In this document: piece after piece, positions 9,441-19,655 of the stretch | Layout: every line of letters begins with the position of its first letter | Position numbering within the stretch: the stretch's first letter is position 1 | Assembly (NCBI GenBank): GCA_050261575.1 | Contig: JBLNDL010000092.1 | Coordinates: forward strand, 1 to 64,000 | DNA from: Sphingomonadaceae bacterium | Lineage (GTDB): Bacteria > Chloroflexota > UBA6077 | Length of the DNA: 64,000 nucleotides | Direction: 5' to 3' | Notes under the pieces: model-generated | Seen by the model: only the letters and a program-made list of their open reading frames with translations | Database searches by the model: none | Told to the model about the DNA's origin: nothing | Made by a program: the position numbers and the translations under genes

Positions 9441-11180
9441 GTGCGGATGCTTTCCCTGAGAGTGGCCCTGGCCCAGATCAACCCCATCGTGGGCGACCTG
9501 GAGGGCAACAAGTCCAAGATCCTTCGATACCTGGAGCAGGCCCGAGCAGCAGGTGCCGACCTCGTCGCGTTTCCGGAACTGGCCCTGACCGGCTATCCGC
9601 CGGAAGACCTGCTGCTGAAGCCTCAGTTCATAAGGGATAACCTGGCCTGCATCCACGAGATCGCCGCCGCCAGCAAGGGTATCACGGCGGTGGTGGGTTT
9701 CGTCGATGCCGACGACGACATTTACAACGCCGCGGCCGTTCTCCACGACGGGGCGCTGGCCTACTCCTACCACAAGGTCTTCTTGCCCAACTACGGCGTC
9801 TTCGACGAGGCCCGCTACTTCCGTCGGGGGATCGAGCAGCCGGTGTTCATCCTGTCGGGAGTCAAGGTGGGCATCAGCATCTGCGAGGATATCTGGTATC
9901 CCATTGGGCCGGCGGCGATCCAGTCCCGGGCAGGGGCGCAGCTACTCGTCAACATCAACTCCTCCCCTTACGACACGAGCAAGCGGGCGCGGCGGGAGAG
10001 GATGGTGGCCACGCGCGCCGCCGACAACGAGGTGATCGTCTGCTACGTCAACACCGTTGGAGGCCAGGACGAACTGGTCTTCGACGGCGCCAGCTTCATC
10101 TACGACCAGACGGGGCAGCTCGTCGCGCACGCCGGCCAGTTCCAAGAGGAGCTGCTGCTAGCGGACTTGGATGTGGAGTCGGTCTTCCGGTCGCGGCTCC
10201 ACGATCCGCGGCGCAGGGAGGAGCCTCTGTTTCCGGTCCTCGCCGACGTGCCCACTCCGGAGATCGTCCTCTCCGAGGAGCCTTCGGCGGCGAAGAAGCC
10301 TCCCCTAGCCCCTCACACGGCCACGCTGTTGGAGGGTCCGGCCGAGGTCTACTCCGCCCTGGTGCTGGGTACACGGGACTACGTGCGCAAGAACCGGTTC
10401 CAGCAGGTGGTCATCGGTCTCTCGGGGGGGATCGATTCCAGCCTCACGGCCGCCATAGCCGTGGACGCCCTCGGCCCCGAGAACGTGCTGGGGGTCTCCA
10501 TGCCGTCCCGCTTCTCCTCGCAGGCGAGCAAAGACGACGCCCGCGACCTGGCCGAACGGCTGGGCATAAGGATGCTCACCATCCCCATCGAGCCCGCCTT
10601 CCGGGCGTACCTGCAGATGCTGGAGGAGCCCTTCCGCGGAACCGAGCCGAACATCGCCGAGGAGAATCTGCAGGCCCGCATCCGCGGGAACATCATCATG
10701 GCACTCTCCAACAAGTTCGGCTTCCTGGTGCTCACCACAGGCAACAAGAGCGAGATGGCAACGGGCTACACCACCCTCTACGGCGACATGGCCGGCGGTC
10801 TGGCGGTGCTCAAGGATGTGCCCAAGACCCTGGTCTACCGGTTGGCGGAGTATCGCAACAGCCTCTCGCAGGTGATCCCGCAGAGTGTCATCGCGAAGGA
10901 GCCATCGGCCGAACTCCGTCTCAACCAGCGCGATGTGGACACCCTGCCCCCCTATGCGATCCTGGACCCCATCCTCCAGGCGTACGTGGAGGAGGATCGC
11001 AGCGTGGAGGAGATCGTGGCTCTGGGCTACCCGGAGGAGGTGGTCCGTCGCGTGGTGGGCATGGTGGATCGCAGCGAGTACAAACGGCGCCAGGCGCCCC
11101 CCTGTATAAAGATCACCCCTCGGGCCTTCGGCCGTGACCGCCGACTCCCCATCACCAATCGGTACGCAGAGAAAGCGTGA
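9441..11180 (+). CDS. nadE: Glutamine-dependent NAD+ synthetase
   Basis: Nitrilase domain (FPELALTGYPPEDLL, LPNYGVFDE, ICEDIW) fused to a synthetase domain (GLSGGIDS, ENLQARIRG, TGNKSE, SEYKRRQAP). Confidence 0.97.
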   Translation: MRMLSLRVALAQINPIVGDLEGNKSKILRYLEQARAAGADLVAFPELALTGYPPEDLLLKPQFIRDNLACIHEIAAASKGITAVVGFVDADDDIYNAAAVLHDGALAYSYHKVFLPNYGVFDEARYFRRGIEQPVFILSGVKVGISICEDIWYPIGPAAIQSRAGAQLLVNINSSPYDTSKRARRERMVATRAADNEVIVCYVNTVGGQDELVFDGASFIYDQTGQLVAHAGQFQEELLLADLDVESVFRSRLHDPRRREEPLFPVLADVPTPEIVLSEEPSAAKKPPLAPHTATLLEGPAEVYSALVLGTRDYVRKNRFQQVVIGLSGGIDSSLTAAIAVDALGPENVLGVSMPSRFSSQASKDDARDLAERLGIRMLTIPIEPAFRAYLQMLEEPFRGTEPNIAEENLQARIRGNIIMALSNKFGFLVLTTGNKSEMATGYTTLYGDMAGGLAVLKDVPKTLVYRLAEYRNSLSQVIPQSVIAKEPSAELRLNQRDVDTLPPYAILDPILQAYVEEDRSVEEIVALGYPEEVVRRVVGMVDRSEYKRRQAPPCIKITPRAFGRDRRLPITNRYAEKA

Positions 11181-11220
11181 GGTGACCGGGCCGCTGCAGA
11201 AGCGGCCGGACGGTCGTCTC

Positions 11221-11286
11221 GTGATGCTCCGCTGCGCTCAGCATCTCCTCGGCGCAGAGATCCTTCGGAGCGGCCCAGGATGACAG
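11221..11286. repeat. GTCATCCTGAG/GAAGGATCTC-type REP-like element (degenerate)
   Basis: gatgctccgctgcgctcagcatc and gagatccttcggagcggcccaggatgac; same family as 36885-36950. Confidence 0.55.
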
Positions 11287-11425
11287 CCACCTTCCCCATC
11301 TGACCGCCCCCAATTCGTGCATCCTGCACAAATCCCCTCGGTTCTTTTCTGACTTCGTGCACGTAGACCCCTTGCTCCCGCGCTGTTAGCCTACCTTGCG
11401 TGATTACCTGCTCTGGAGGATAGCC

Positions 11426-11623
11426 ATGTTGGAGTTGCACCACGGAAACCAAGCCGACACGGGAAAAGGCGCAACGGATTGGGCGGCTATCGACAATAGC
11501 CTTACCTGGATTCGTCCCGTCCACACGCGAGCGGCGCACGGCCAGCCCAGGTGGAACCCCAGCCTGGAGCAGGAACTGGTCAATCTATACGCCCGCTACG
11601 AGCGGGCCTGCATCGAGGATTGA
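11426..11623 (+). CDS. Small hypothetical protein (65 aa) upstream of glnA
   Basis: GGAGG SD correctly spaced before ATG 11426; the ORF ends 64 bp before glnA. Confidence 0.55.
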   Translation: MLELHHGNQADTGKGATDWAAIDNSLTWIRPVHTRAAHGQPRWNPSLEQELVNLYARYERACIED

Positions 11624-11687
11624 CGGCATGCTGGCCGCCACGAGGCGGCACGTGACCGAGGAGTAACCGAGGGGAGGTAAAGGATAG

Positions 11688-13166
11688 GTGGCTGTAACGC
11701 CGGACTTCTCCGAAATCACGATACCGACCAAGGAAGAAACAACCCTGACCGAGCCAGAAGAGGTGGTAGCCTACGCCCGTGCCCAGGGCATCAAGATGGT
11801 GGACTACCGCTTCGTCGATCTGCCAGGCACGTGGCAGCACTTCTCTATGCCGATCCAGGAGTTCGATGCGGGCGTCTTCAAGTCGGGTCTCGGCTTCGAC
11901 GGCTCCAGCATCCGGGGCTTCCAGAGGATCCACGAGAGCGACATGCTGCTGATGCCCGATGCCGCGACGGCCTTCGTGGACCCAACGCTCGAGGTCCCGA
12001 CCTTGGTTATCGTCTGCGACGTGCTCGACCCGCTCAGCAAGCAGCCCTACAGCCGGGATCCCCGCAACGTGGCCAAGAAGGCCGAGGCATACCTGACGAA
12101 GACGGGCATCGCCACCACCAGCTTCTGGGGGCCCGAGGCGGAGTTCTACATCTTCAACGACATCCGCTTCGACCAGACCAGCCACAGCGGCTACTACTTC
12201 ATCGACTCCGAAGAGGGCATCTGGAACAGCGGCCAGAACGGCGGCAAGCCCAACCTCGGCTTCCGGCCTCGCTACAAAGAGGGCTACTTCCCCGTGCCCC
12301 CGATGGATAAGCAGCAGGACCTGCGCTCCGAGATCGTGATGAACCTGATCGCATCCGGCATCGACGTCGAGGTTCACCACCACGAGGTCGGCACTGCCGG
12401 CCAGGCCGAGATCGACATGAAGTACAAGACGATGACCTTGATGGGCGATCAGGTGATGAAGTACAAGTACATCGTCCGCCACACCGCCTACAAGAAGGGC
12501 TACACGGCCACCTTCATGCCGAAGCCCCTCTTCGGCGACAACGGCTCGGGGATGCACGTCCACCAGAGCCTTTGGAAGGACGGGGTGAACCTGTTCTACG
12601 ATCCGAGCGGCTACGGTCTGATCAGCGAGGTGGCCCGCCACTACATCGGCGGCATCCTGAAGCACGCACCGGCCCTCCTGGCCTTTGCGGCGCCCACCAC
12701 CAACTCGTACCGGAGGCTGGTGCCCGGCTACGAGGCGCCCATCAACCTGGTGTACTCGCAGCGAAACCGCAGCGCCTGCATCCGGATACCGATGTACTCG
12801 GATAGCCCGAAGGCCAAGCGGCTCGAGGTTCGCTTCCCGGATCCCTCCTGCAACCCATACCTCACTTTCGCGGCGCTCATGATGGCGGGCCTGGACGGCA
12901 TCCAGAACGGCATCGAGCCTCCGCCGCCGGTGGACGAGGACCTGTACGAGATGTCCGCCGGGGAGAGGTCCAGCATCAAGTCGACGCCCGGCAGCCTCGC
13001 CGAGGTGTTGGATGCCCTGGAGGCGGACAACGAGTTTCTGTTGAAGGGGGGCGTCTTCAGCAAGGACCTGATAGAGACCTGGATCCAGTACAAGAGAGAG
13101 CGAGAAGTGGCGCCGATGGCCCTTCGACCTCATCCCTACGAGTTCTTCCTCTACTACGACGCCTAA
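11688..13166 (+). CDS. glnA: Glutamine synthetase type I (beta)
   Basis: FDGSSIRGF, GYFPVPP, HHHEV, TFMPKP..GDNGSGMHVHQS, NRSACIRIP, RLEVRFPD and adenylylation-loop DLY. GGAGG SD. Confidence 0.98.
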   Translation: MAVTPDFSEITIPTKEETTLTEPEEVVAYARAQGIKMVDYRFVDLPGTWQHFSMPIQEFDAGVFKSGLGFDGSSIRGFQRIHESDMLLMPDAATAFVDPTLEVPTLVIVCDVLDPLSKQPYSRDPRNVAKKAEAYLTKTGIATTSFWGPEAEFYIFNDIRFDQTSHSGYYFIDSEEGIWNSGQNGGKPNLGFRPRYKEGYFPVPPMDKQQDLRSEIVMNLIASGIDVEVHHHEVGTAGQAEIDMKYKTMTLMGDQVMKYKYIVRHTAYKKGYTATFMPKPLFGDNGSGMHVHQSLWKDGVNLFYDPSGYGLISEVARHYIGGILKHAPALLAFAAPTTNSYRRLVPGYEAPINLVYSQRNRSACIRIPMYSDSPKAKRLEVRFPDPSCNPYLTFAALMMAGLDGIQNGIEPPPPVDEDLYEMSAGERSSIKSTPGSLAEVLDALEADNEFLLKGGVFSKDLIETWIQYKREREVAPMALRPHPYEFFLYYDA

Positions 13167-13343
13167 CCACCATTCCTGCGGCCGGGCGCTGTCCCCTCAC
13201 AACGCCCGGCCGCAGGCTATGCCAGCCCCGTCCCTCCACCCTGCGCCTACCTCGAGAATCACCTAGACGAGATCCATCCGCCTGTGCTATATCCTGCTTG
13301 GGACTGTGGCATTCGTGGCTGATAGCTGCAAGGGAGGTGGCAC

Positions 13344-14129
13344 GTGGCCGGCTTGCCGAGAGGTTTCAAACGGGGGTTGCTGGTAGGGGGCATCTTAGCC
13401 CTTCTCTGGGGAGTGCTATCCGACAGGCGCAGACGCGTATCCGTCGGCGGCGCCGTGGTGGAGAAGATGCGGGGCCTCCCCCTGGTGGGAGCGAGAGCCT
13501 CGGCCGCCCTGGGCGATCAACTGATGGACGGCATCTACCGAGCGATAGCGGAGGACGTGGTGTCCCAGGCCGCCTCCGGCGAGCTGCTGGACATGGGGGG
13601 TGGCCCGGGACGGCTAGCGGTGGAGATGGCACGCCGGGCAAGGGATCTGAAGATCACCAGGCTCGACCCCTCCCCAGACAGCGTGCAGATGGCGGAATCC
13701 AGGGCCTACAACGCGGGGGTTGGGCGGCAGGTGAAGGTGGTGCACGGCGACGCGAGAGATATCCCCTTCCCCGATCAGTCCTTCGACTTCGTCGTCTCCT
13801 TCAGGGGCCTCGACTGCTCGGACACGCCGGAGGCGATCCTCGGAGAGATTCATCGGGTGCTGAGACCCGGCGGCAAGGCGTGGGTCTACGATTTCCGAAG
13901 GGAGACGCCCGAGGAAGCATGGGAGTTGGCCAGGGAGCAGATCTCTCTGCTGGCGCAGCCCCTCTTCGATATGGGGATCATGGCCGGCTGGAGAGCGGCG
14001 TGCAACGAGGCCCAGATCGGTCTGTACACCGAGGGGTCCCCCTTCAAAGGGGGAGACATCGGCGCGATCGCTGCCGACATCGCGGGAACGCAGATCCGGG
14101 CTCTTACTAAAGTGACCCTGCAGAAGTGA
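13344..14129 (+). CDS. Class I SAM-dependent methyltransferase with N-terminal membrane anchor
   Basis: Motif I LLDMGGGPG, then GDARDIPFPDQSFDFVVS and EIHRVLRPGG. GGAGG SD before the GTG. Confidence 0.88.
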   Translation: MAGLPRGFKRGLLVGGILALLWGVLSDRRRRVSVGGAVVEKMRGLPLVGARASAALGDQLMDGIYRAIAEDVVSQAASGELLDMGGGPGRLAVEMARRARDLKITRLDPSPDSVQMAESRAYNAGVGRQVKVVHGDARDIPFPDQSFDFVVSFRGLDCSDTPEAILGEIHRVLRPGGKAWVYDFRRETPEEAWELAREQISLLAQPLFDMGIMAGWRAACNEAQIGLYTEGSPFKGGDIGAIAADIAGTQIRALTKVTLQK

Positions 14130-14236
14130 CGGGGAAGGGGAACGTGGTGCGCCGCGATCCCCTTCCCGTTGTGTTTGGCCTGAGCCTTTGGTAGAATTCC
14201 ATTGTGCGATGATGTAGTCGCACATATCGGTCGTAA

Positions 14237-14308
14237 GCCGACGTAGCTCAGAGGTAGAGCAGCGGTTTCGTAAACCGCCGGTCGTCAGTTCGAATCTGAC
14301 CGTCGGCT
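14237..14308 (+). tRNA. tRNA-Thr (anticodon CGT), CCA not encoded
   Basis: Acceptor stem gccgacg/cgtcggc, D-arm agctcagaggtagagc, anticodon arm gcggt-ttCGTaa-accgc, T-loop gttcgaat. Confidence 0.96.
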
Positions 14309-14580
14309 CTGTCTCGCCCTCGACCCCTGGCAGTGACGATCGCGCTGCCCAACAACCGTTTCCCTGGTAGGGACTCCCCGGGTGTCTTGGTCATCATGTT
14401 CATGCCCAGCGGCATCCCGAGAATCTGCCGCGCCGCCCGCATCGGGCCCGTCGAACTCGGAGTCCGTCTGCCAGCCGCTGCACTGGATGCACCTTTCCAA
14501 CATGCCCGCAGACCTGTACAATGCACGCGTCCTCCCGCAAGAGATTGGCCTCGCGCAATTACTGTGGAGAGTGGTGTACC

Positions 14581-15039
14581 ATGAAGCGTCCCTATCAAAT
14601 CACGGCGATCGTATTCATCCTCTTCTCGGCCTTCATCGCCCGCGAGTCGCTGGAGCTGAAGTTCTACACCTCGCTGGGCCCGGGCCCCGGCTTCTTCCCC
14701 TTCTGGCTCTCGGTCTTCCTCGGACTGCTGGCGGCAAACATGCTCTACCAGGCCTCCTTCAAGCCGCAGGACCCAATGCCGGATGACTTCTTCGCCTCGG
14801 CGAAAGGTTACATCCGGGCCGGCGCCATCCTGCTATCCCTCGTGGTCACCGTGCTTTTCATGGACGAGCTTGGCTTCCGCCCCATGATGCTGATCTTCTA
14901 CCTCTTCCTCTTGTTCGCCCTGGGTCGGCAGAACCCGCTCGTCACGGCCGCGGTCGCGCTAGCAGGCAGTTGGGGCGTCTACTTCGTCTTCGTCGAACTG
15001 CTGAAGGTCCCGCTCCCGATCGGGATGTTCGGAATCTAG
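14581..15039 (+). CDS. tctB: Tripartite tricarboxylate transporter small membrane subunit TctB
   Basis: GPGPGFFP motif, about 4-5 TM helices, C-terminal LKVPLP.G; directly precedes tctA. Confidence 0.9.
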   Translation: MKRPYQITAIVFILFSAFIARESLELKFYTSLGPGPGFFPFWLSVFLGLLAANMLYQASFKPQDPMPDDFFASAKGYIRAGAILLSLVVTVLFMDELGFRPMMLIFYLFLLFALGRQNPLVTAAVALAGSWGVYFVFVELLKVPLPIGMFGI

Positions 15040-15049
15040 GAGGAATCTG

Positions 15050-16546
15050 TTGGAAAGCCTTCAACTCCTCATGGGCGGCTTCGCGATCGCCCTGCAGCCC
15101 ACCAACCTGCTGTTCGCCGTCATGGGATGCCTCCTGGGAACCCTGATCGGGGTTCTCCCCGGCGTTGGCCCCGCTGCCGGCACCGCCATTCTGATCCCAA
15201 TCACCTTCGTGCTGGATCCAACCCCCGCCATCATCATGCTGGCCGCGATCTACTACGGCGCCATGTATGGTGGAACCATCACCAGCGTGCTGATCAACAC
15301 CCCCGGTGAGGCCGCCTCAGCCATCACCTGCCTGGAGGGCTACGAGATGGCCAAGAGGGGGCGGGCTGGGGCAGCCCTCTCCATCGCCGCCATCGGCTCC
15401 CTCGTCGGTGGCTCCATCGCCACCATGGGTCTGGTGCTGATCGCCCTGCCCCTCACGGACCTGGCTCTCAAGTTCGGCCCGCCCGAGTTCTTCGCCCTGA
15501 TGGTGCTCGGCCTCTCCCTGGTCACCGGCCTGGCCGCCAAGTCCATGACCCGAGCCCTCATGTCCGCGGTCTTCGGCCTGCTGATCGCCATGGTGGGCAT
15601 CGACCCCGTCATGGGCGCTCCCCGCTTTAACTTCGGCATAACCGAACTGCTGGACGGCTTCAACTTCGTCCCAGTGGTCATGGGCGTCTTCGGCATCAGC
15701 GAGATCCTGCTCAACGCCGAGAGCGAGGCCCGTCGAGTCTTCGACACCAAGATGAGCTCCCTGATGCCCACAGTTCAGGATCTCAAGGACTCGGCAGGTG
15801 CGATGCTGCGCGGCACCGTGATCGGCTTCTTCCTGGGCCTGATCCCCGGCGTCGGCGCGGTGGTTCCGACCTTCATGTCGTACGTGGCGGAGAAGAAGGT
15901 CTCCAAGTATCCCGAGAAGTTCGGCACCGGCCTCATCGAGGGCGTCGCCGGCCCCGAGACGGCGAACAACGCTTATGCGAACGCCGCACTGATCCCGCTG
16001 TTCACCCTGGGCATCCCAGGCTCGCCCACCATCGCCATCCTGATGGGCGCCTTCATGATGAACGGTCTCATCCCCGGCCCCTTCCTGTTCAAGGAGCACT
16101 CCGATTTCGTGTGGGCAGTCATCGCTAGCCTCTACATCGGCAACGTGATCCTGGTGATCCTGAACCTGCCGTTGATCCCGATGTGGGTGGCGATCCTGCG
16201 AGTTCCCTACGCTGTCCTGTTCGCCCTGATCCTGGGCTTCTGCGTCCTCGGCTCCTACAGCCTGGACAGCAGCGTCTTCGACGTGGGCGTGATGACCGCC
16301 TTCGGCGTCCTGGGGTACTTCTTCAAGAAGCTGGATATCCCGCTGGCGCCGCTGGCGCTGACGTTGATCCTGGGGCCCTTGATGGAGCGAGGACTCCGGC
16401 AGTCGCTGGAGATCAGTCGAGGCGACTTCTCCATCTTCTTCCAGCGCCCCATCGCACTGGGTCTCCTGATCATCGCGGCCCTGTTCGTCACCTTCTCCAC
16501 CTTCCAGGCGGTCTCCCAACTCCGAGGGGGCGATACACAGCTATAG
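15050..16546 (+). CDS. tctA: Tripartite tricarboxylate transporter large membrane subunit TctA
   Basis: GVLPGVG, YYGAMYGG..TSVLINTPG, GVAGPETANNA and TLGIPGS. AGGAGG SD before the TTG. Confidence 0.95.
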   Translation: MESLQLLMGGFAIALQPTNLLFAVMGCLLGTLIGVLPGVGPAAGTAILIPITFVLDPTPAIIMLAAIYYGAMYGGTITSVLINTPGEAASAITCLEGYEMAKRGRAGAALSIAAIGSLVGGSIATMGLVLIALPLTDLALKFGPPEFFALMVLGLSLVTGLAAKSMTRALMSAVFGLLIAMVGIDPVMGAPRFNFGITELLDGFNFVPVVMGVFGISEILLNAESEARRVFDTKMSSLMPTVQDLKDSAGAMLRGTVIGFFLGLIPGVGAVVPTFMSYVAEKKVSKYPEKFGTGLIEGVAGPETANNAYANAALIPLFTLGIPGSPTIAILMGAFMMNGLIPGPFLFKEHSDFVWAVIASLYIGNVILVILNLPLIPMWVAILRVPYAVLFALILGFCVLGSYSLDSSVFDVGVMTAFGVLGYFFKKLDIPLAPLALTLILGPLMERGLRQSLEISRGDFSIFFQRPIALGLLIIAALFVTFSTFQAVSQLRGGDTQL

Positions 16547-16737
16547 ACCGGCGTACTCGAGAGGTCAGAGAGGTCAACGACAGCTCGAGCGACGCGAACC
16601 ACTATCGAGAATGCGGTGCGATCCAGCGACCTGCTGGATCGCACCGTGTGCAGCACATGAAGGGAGGTGATCTGAAAACGAGAACACCAGGATTTCAATT
16701 CAGGATGGCTCGAAGACGAGAAGGAGGACGACAATCG

Positions 16738-17868
16738 ATGCGTAGATACCTACTCGGCCTCGGCGTTGCCGCACTCGGGGCGGTGACGATTGCAGCCGTG
16801 GCATGCTCCTCGGCCGCACCACCGGCTCCCACCGCCGCGCCCACTAAGGCCGCTGCACCCGCGGCGACCACGGCTCCGGCTGCACCCGCGGCGACTACGG
16901 CGCCGGCAGCAGCCAAGCCCACCGCGGCGAGCCCCGCCGCATCCACCGGCACCGTCCAGAAGCCGGCCGACTGGCCCAAGAAGTCCATCCAGATGATCAT
17001 CCCCTGGAACGCGGGCGGAGGGACCGACGTGGGATTCCGCTTGCTCGCTCCCCTGATGGAGAAGACCTTGGGGCAGTCGATCGAGGTGGTCAACAAGACC
17101 GGCGCGGGCTCCCAGGTTGGCATCACCGAGCTGGCTAAGGCCAAGCCAGACGGCTACACCATCGGCAACGTGAGCGGCCCCGCGACCCAGACCATCTACC
17201 TGGATCCCGATCGGAAGGCCGTATTCAAGTGGGAGGACTTCGCCCCCATCGGCCTGCACGTCTTCGATCCCGGCATCGTCACCGTCGCTCCCGACAGCAA
17301 GTACAAGTCGCTGAAGGACGTGATCGACGACGCCAAGGCCAACCCGGAGAAGGTCAAGGTGTCGACCACCGGTATCCTGGGCGACGACCATCTGGCGATC
17401 CTGGAGTTGCAGAGGCTGACCGGAGTGAAGTTCGCCATCGTCCACTTCGACGGCGCTGCTCCCGCGAAGACCGCGCTCCTGGGCGGCCATACCGACGTGG
17501 CCTTCAACAACGTGAGCGAGTGGCTGGGCGAGTACAAGTCCAAGAAGGCCCGGCCGATCGCGGTGCTGGACGAGCAGCGATCCAAGTTCTACCCCGACGT
17601 CCCGACGTCGGTGGAGCAGGGCTTCAAGCTGCTCTCATCCTCTTCCCGCGGCCTAGCCGCGCCCAAGGGCACCCCCAAGGAGATCGTCAACTTCATCTCC
17701 TACGCGATGGAGCAGGCGATGAAGGATCCCTCGCTCATCGAGAAGATGGAGTCCTCTGGCCTGACCCAGCGGTACATGAACCCCGAGCAGTTCGACAAGT
17801 ACATGAGGGAGATCGAGACGCAGGCGAAGCCTCTGGTGGAAGCGGCGAAGGCCGAAGAGAAGAAGTAG
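16738..17868 (+). CDS. tctC: Tripartite tricarboxylate transporter substrate-binding lipoprotein TctC (Bug family)
   Basis: Lipobox AVAC, Pro/Ala/Thr linker, then WP.K.IQMIIPWNAGGGTD, VVNKTGAG and KPDGYT. AAGGAGG SD. Confidence 0.93.
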   Translation: MRRYLLGLGVAALGAVTIAAVACSSAAPPAPTAAPTKAAAPAATTAPAAPAATTAPAAAKPTAASPAASTGTVQKPADWPKKSIQMIIPWNAGGGTDVGFRLLAPLMEKTLGQSIEVVNKTGAGSQVGITELAKAKPDGYTIGNVSGPATQTIYLDPDRKAVFKWEDFAPIGLHVFDPGIVTVAPDSKYKSLKDVIDDAKANPEKVKVSTTGILGDDHLAILELQRLTGVKFAIVHFDGAAPAKTALLGGHTDVAFNNVSEWLGEYKSKKARPIAVLDEQRSKFYPDVPTSVEQGFKLLSSSSRGLAAPKGTPKEIVNFISYAMEQAMKDPSLIEKMESSGLTQRYMNPEQFDKYMREIETQAKPLVEAAKAEEKK

Positions 17869-17909
17869 TCCGGCAACGGGCGCTACTTCGGCATTCCGCA
17901 CACTGCGAC

Positions 17910-17943
17910 GCGAGGCCCGGCGTAACGCCGGGCCTCGCTTTCT
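17910..17943 (+). terminator. Intrinsic terminator after tctC
   Basis: gcgaggcccggcg-taa-cgccgggcctcgc followed by tttct. Confidence 0.75.
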
Positions 17944-18094
17944 GTCCGCGTGGCCTTTCCTGCCGCCAGCGCGCGAGACACCGTCTGGCACGCTTCCTGC
18001 GCTTGAATAACGTGGAGGGTGCGCCCTCTGCAGCCCGAAGGGGCCTGTACCGGCTCCGAAGGGCTCGTCGACAACAGAATACACAATCGAATAG

Positions 18095-18128
18095 CAGCAG
18101 GGCCAGACCTCGAGGTCTGGCCCTGCTG
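18095..18128. terminator. Perfect 34-bp palindrome between convergent tctC and pyrE
   Basis: cagcagggccagacctc|gaggtctggccctgctg. Confidence 0.55.
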
Positions 18129-18245
18129 TGTTTCCACGACGTGCAGGTCAAGCCGCTGATGGCGGACGCCAAGGCCACGTAGAAGTAGGCGGCAGACGGG
18201 AGCGCCCGGATCGGCGCGAAGCCGGTCGGGGCACTCTTCCAGCCA

Positions 18246-18821
18246 CTACCGACCGTTCGAGATGGCCTCCAAGGGCAGCCGACCCTCCTTGCAGATGGGG
18301 CAATCCCCCGGCTCGTAGGTCTCGTGCTCCACGAGGCAGAACAGAGGATACCGGAAGGTGACGTTGCCGCGGTTCCATATGGAGGCTACGCCGACGACCT
18401 CGCCCCCCTGGCGCTCCACCGCTTCAATCACCCTCAGTGCTGAGCCTCCCGTGTCCAGCACGTCCTCGACCACCAGTACCCGCTTGCCGGCGATCATGTC
18501 CACCACGGAGGGCCGGAAGTAGCGGTTCTCCCGCTCCCCTTCGGCGTAAACCGCGATCGCCTTCGGCTCCAGGTAGTAAGCCACGAAGGGGGCCATCATC
18601 GCTCCGCCCATAGAAGGACCGGTCACCACCTGGATCTTCTCTGCAAAGTAGTGCTTGGCTATCCGATAGCAGAGCTTGCTGGACACATCGACTGCAGCCA
18701 GAACCCGGTCTTTCTCCACGTAGATCGAACCGTGCAGCCCAGAGGAGTACCTGTAGTGCCCCCCCTCGTACAGAGCCCCCGTGCTCGCGATCAGCCGATG
18801 AATCTGATCCCTCTCCTCCAT
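18246..18821 (-). CDS. pyrE: Orotate phosphoribosyltransferase
   Basis: GHYRYSSGLHGSIYVEK, PRPP-binding loop VLVVEDVLDTGGS, C-terminal CPICK. AGGAGG SD. Confidence 0.85.
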   Translation of the reverse strand: MEERDQIHRLIASTGALYEGGHYRYSSGLHGSIYVEKDRVLAAVDVSSKLCYRIAKHYFAEKIQVVTGPSMGGAMMAPFVAYYLEPKAIAVYAEGERENRYFRPSVVDMIAGKRVLVVEDVLDTGGSALRVIEAVERQGGEVVGVASIWNRGNVTFRYPLFCLVEHETYEPGDCPICKEGRLPLEAISNGR

Positions 18822-18896
18822 CCAATCACCTCCTGGCTGAGTCGCACCTAGTATAGCAGCACGCGAGATGGAGTTCGATGGGGGGGATCGGCGCAG

Positions 18897-19103
18897 CTAT
18901 CTCCGACCCATGGCAACGGACCGGGGTCGCAGGACGAAAGCTCGCTTGTTCTCGGCCCTGGCCCGCTCCCACTGCTCCTTCAGTTCCGGTTCTCGGGTGT
19001 AGAACTCGGAGCCACAGTTGATGCAGTACATCACCCAGTCGAGGCCGATGGAATCCCACTTAGCCAGCTTGCCACCACACCTCTCGCACTGTACGGAAAT
19101 CAC
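18897..19103 (-). CDS. Small zinc-ribbon protein (CxxC...CxxC, 68 aa)
   Basis: CERCGG and CINCG knuckles; AGGGGG SD before the GTG. Confidence 0.7.
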   Translation of the reverse strand: MISVQCERCGGKLAKWDSIGLDWVMYCINCGSEFYTREPELKEQWERARAENKRAFVLRPRSVAMGRR

Positions 19104-19355
19104 CGTCGAACCCCCTGAGAAGATTCTTGTGCTCTATATCCAACTCCGACCGCAAGCAGGCCATCGATGCTGGAGGAGAGACGGAGGACAACGGCGCGAG
19201 TTGCCCCCCTGCTATGGCTCCTCCATTGCAGGGATACTGGTCGCTTCCGTGGCGGGATCGCTGGGGAAACCTCTGGCAGTAGCCGCGGAGCAGAAATGCA
19301 AGTTTCGGGCCAGGCGACGGGGCGACGGGGGGTATATGCGGGATCGCGTAAACCC

Positions 19356-19487
19356 CGCAGGGGCAGACCTGTGTGTCTGCCTTCGTGCCGAAGGAGCATC
19401 CATCCGCAGGCGGACCAGGGCGCACCCACAGCGTGACGGGAGCGGGTGGGAGGCGAGCAAGCACAGCCTCGCGGGCACGGCCCCTAC
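19356..19487. repeat. GTAGGGGC/GCCCCTAC-type REP doublet
   Basis: cgcaggggcagacctgtgtgtctgcc ... cggcccctac. A 21-bp core is identical to 59960-59980. Confidence 0.65.
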
Positions 19488-19655
19488 CAGACCGGCACGT
19501 TTCCGCAGTGGTTCATACGCTACCGGGGACAGGGAGACGACTCACGCAGATGGATCCGTCTCCTCTAGACAGGCAGGTCGTCTGCGAGGAACCCAGGAGT
19601 AAGCCGCCGTGGAGACCGAGTGACTCTGGCGGTGACGACCGGTTAGCGCACCCCG

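Noticed and set aside
14237..17868. tRNA-Thr as the integration site of a genomic island carrying tctBAC
   Set aside because: No integrase, no duplicated tRNA 3' end seen, and no evident compositional shift.
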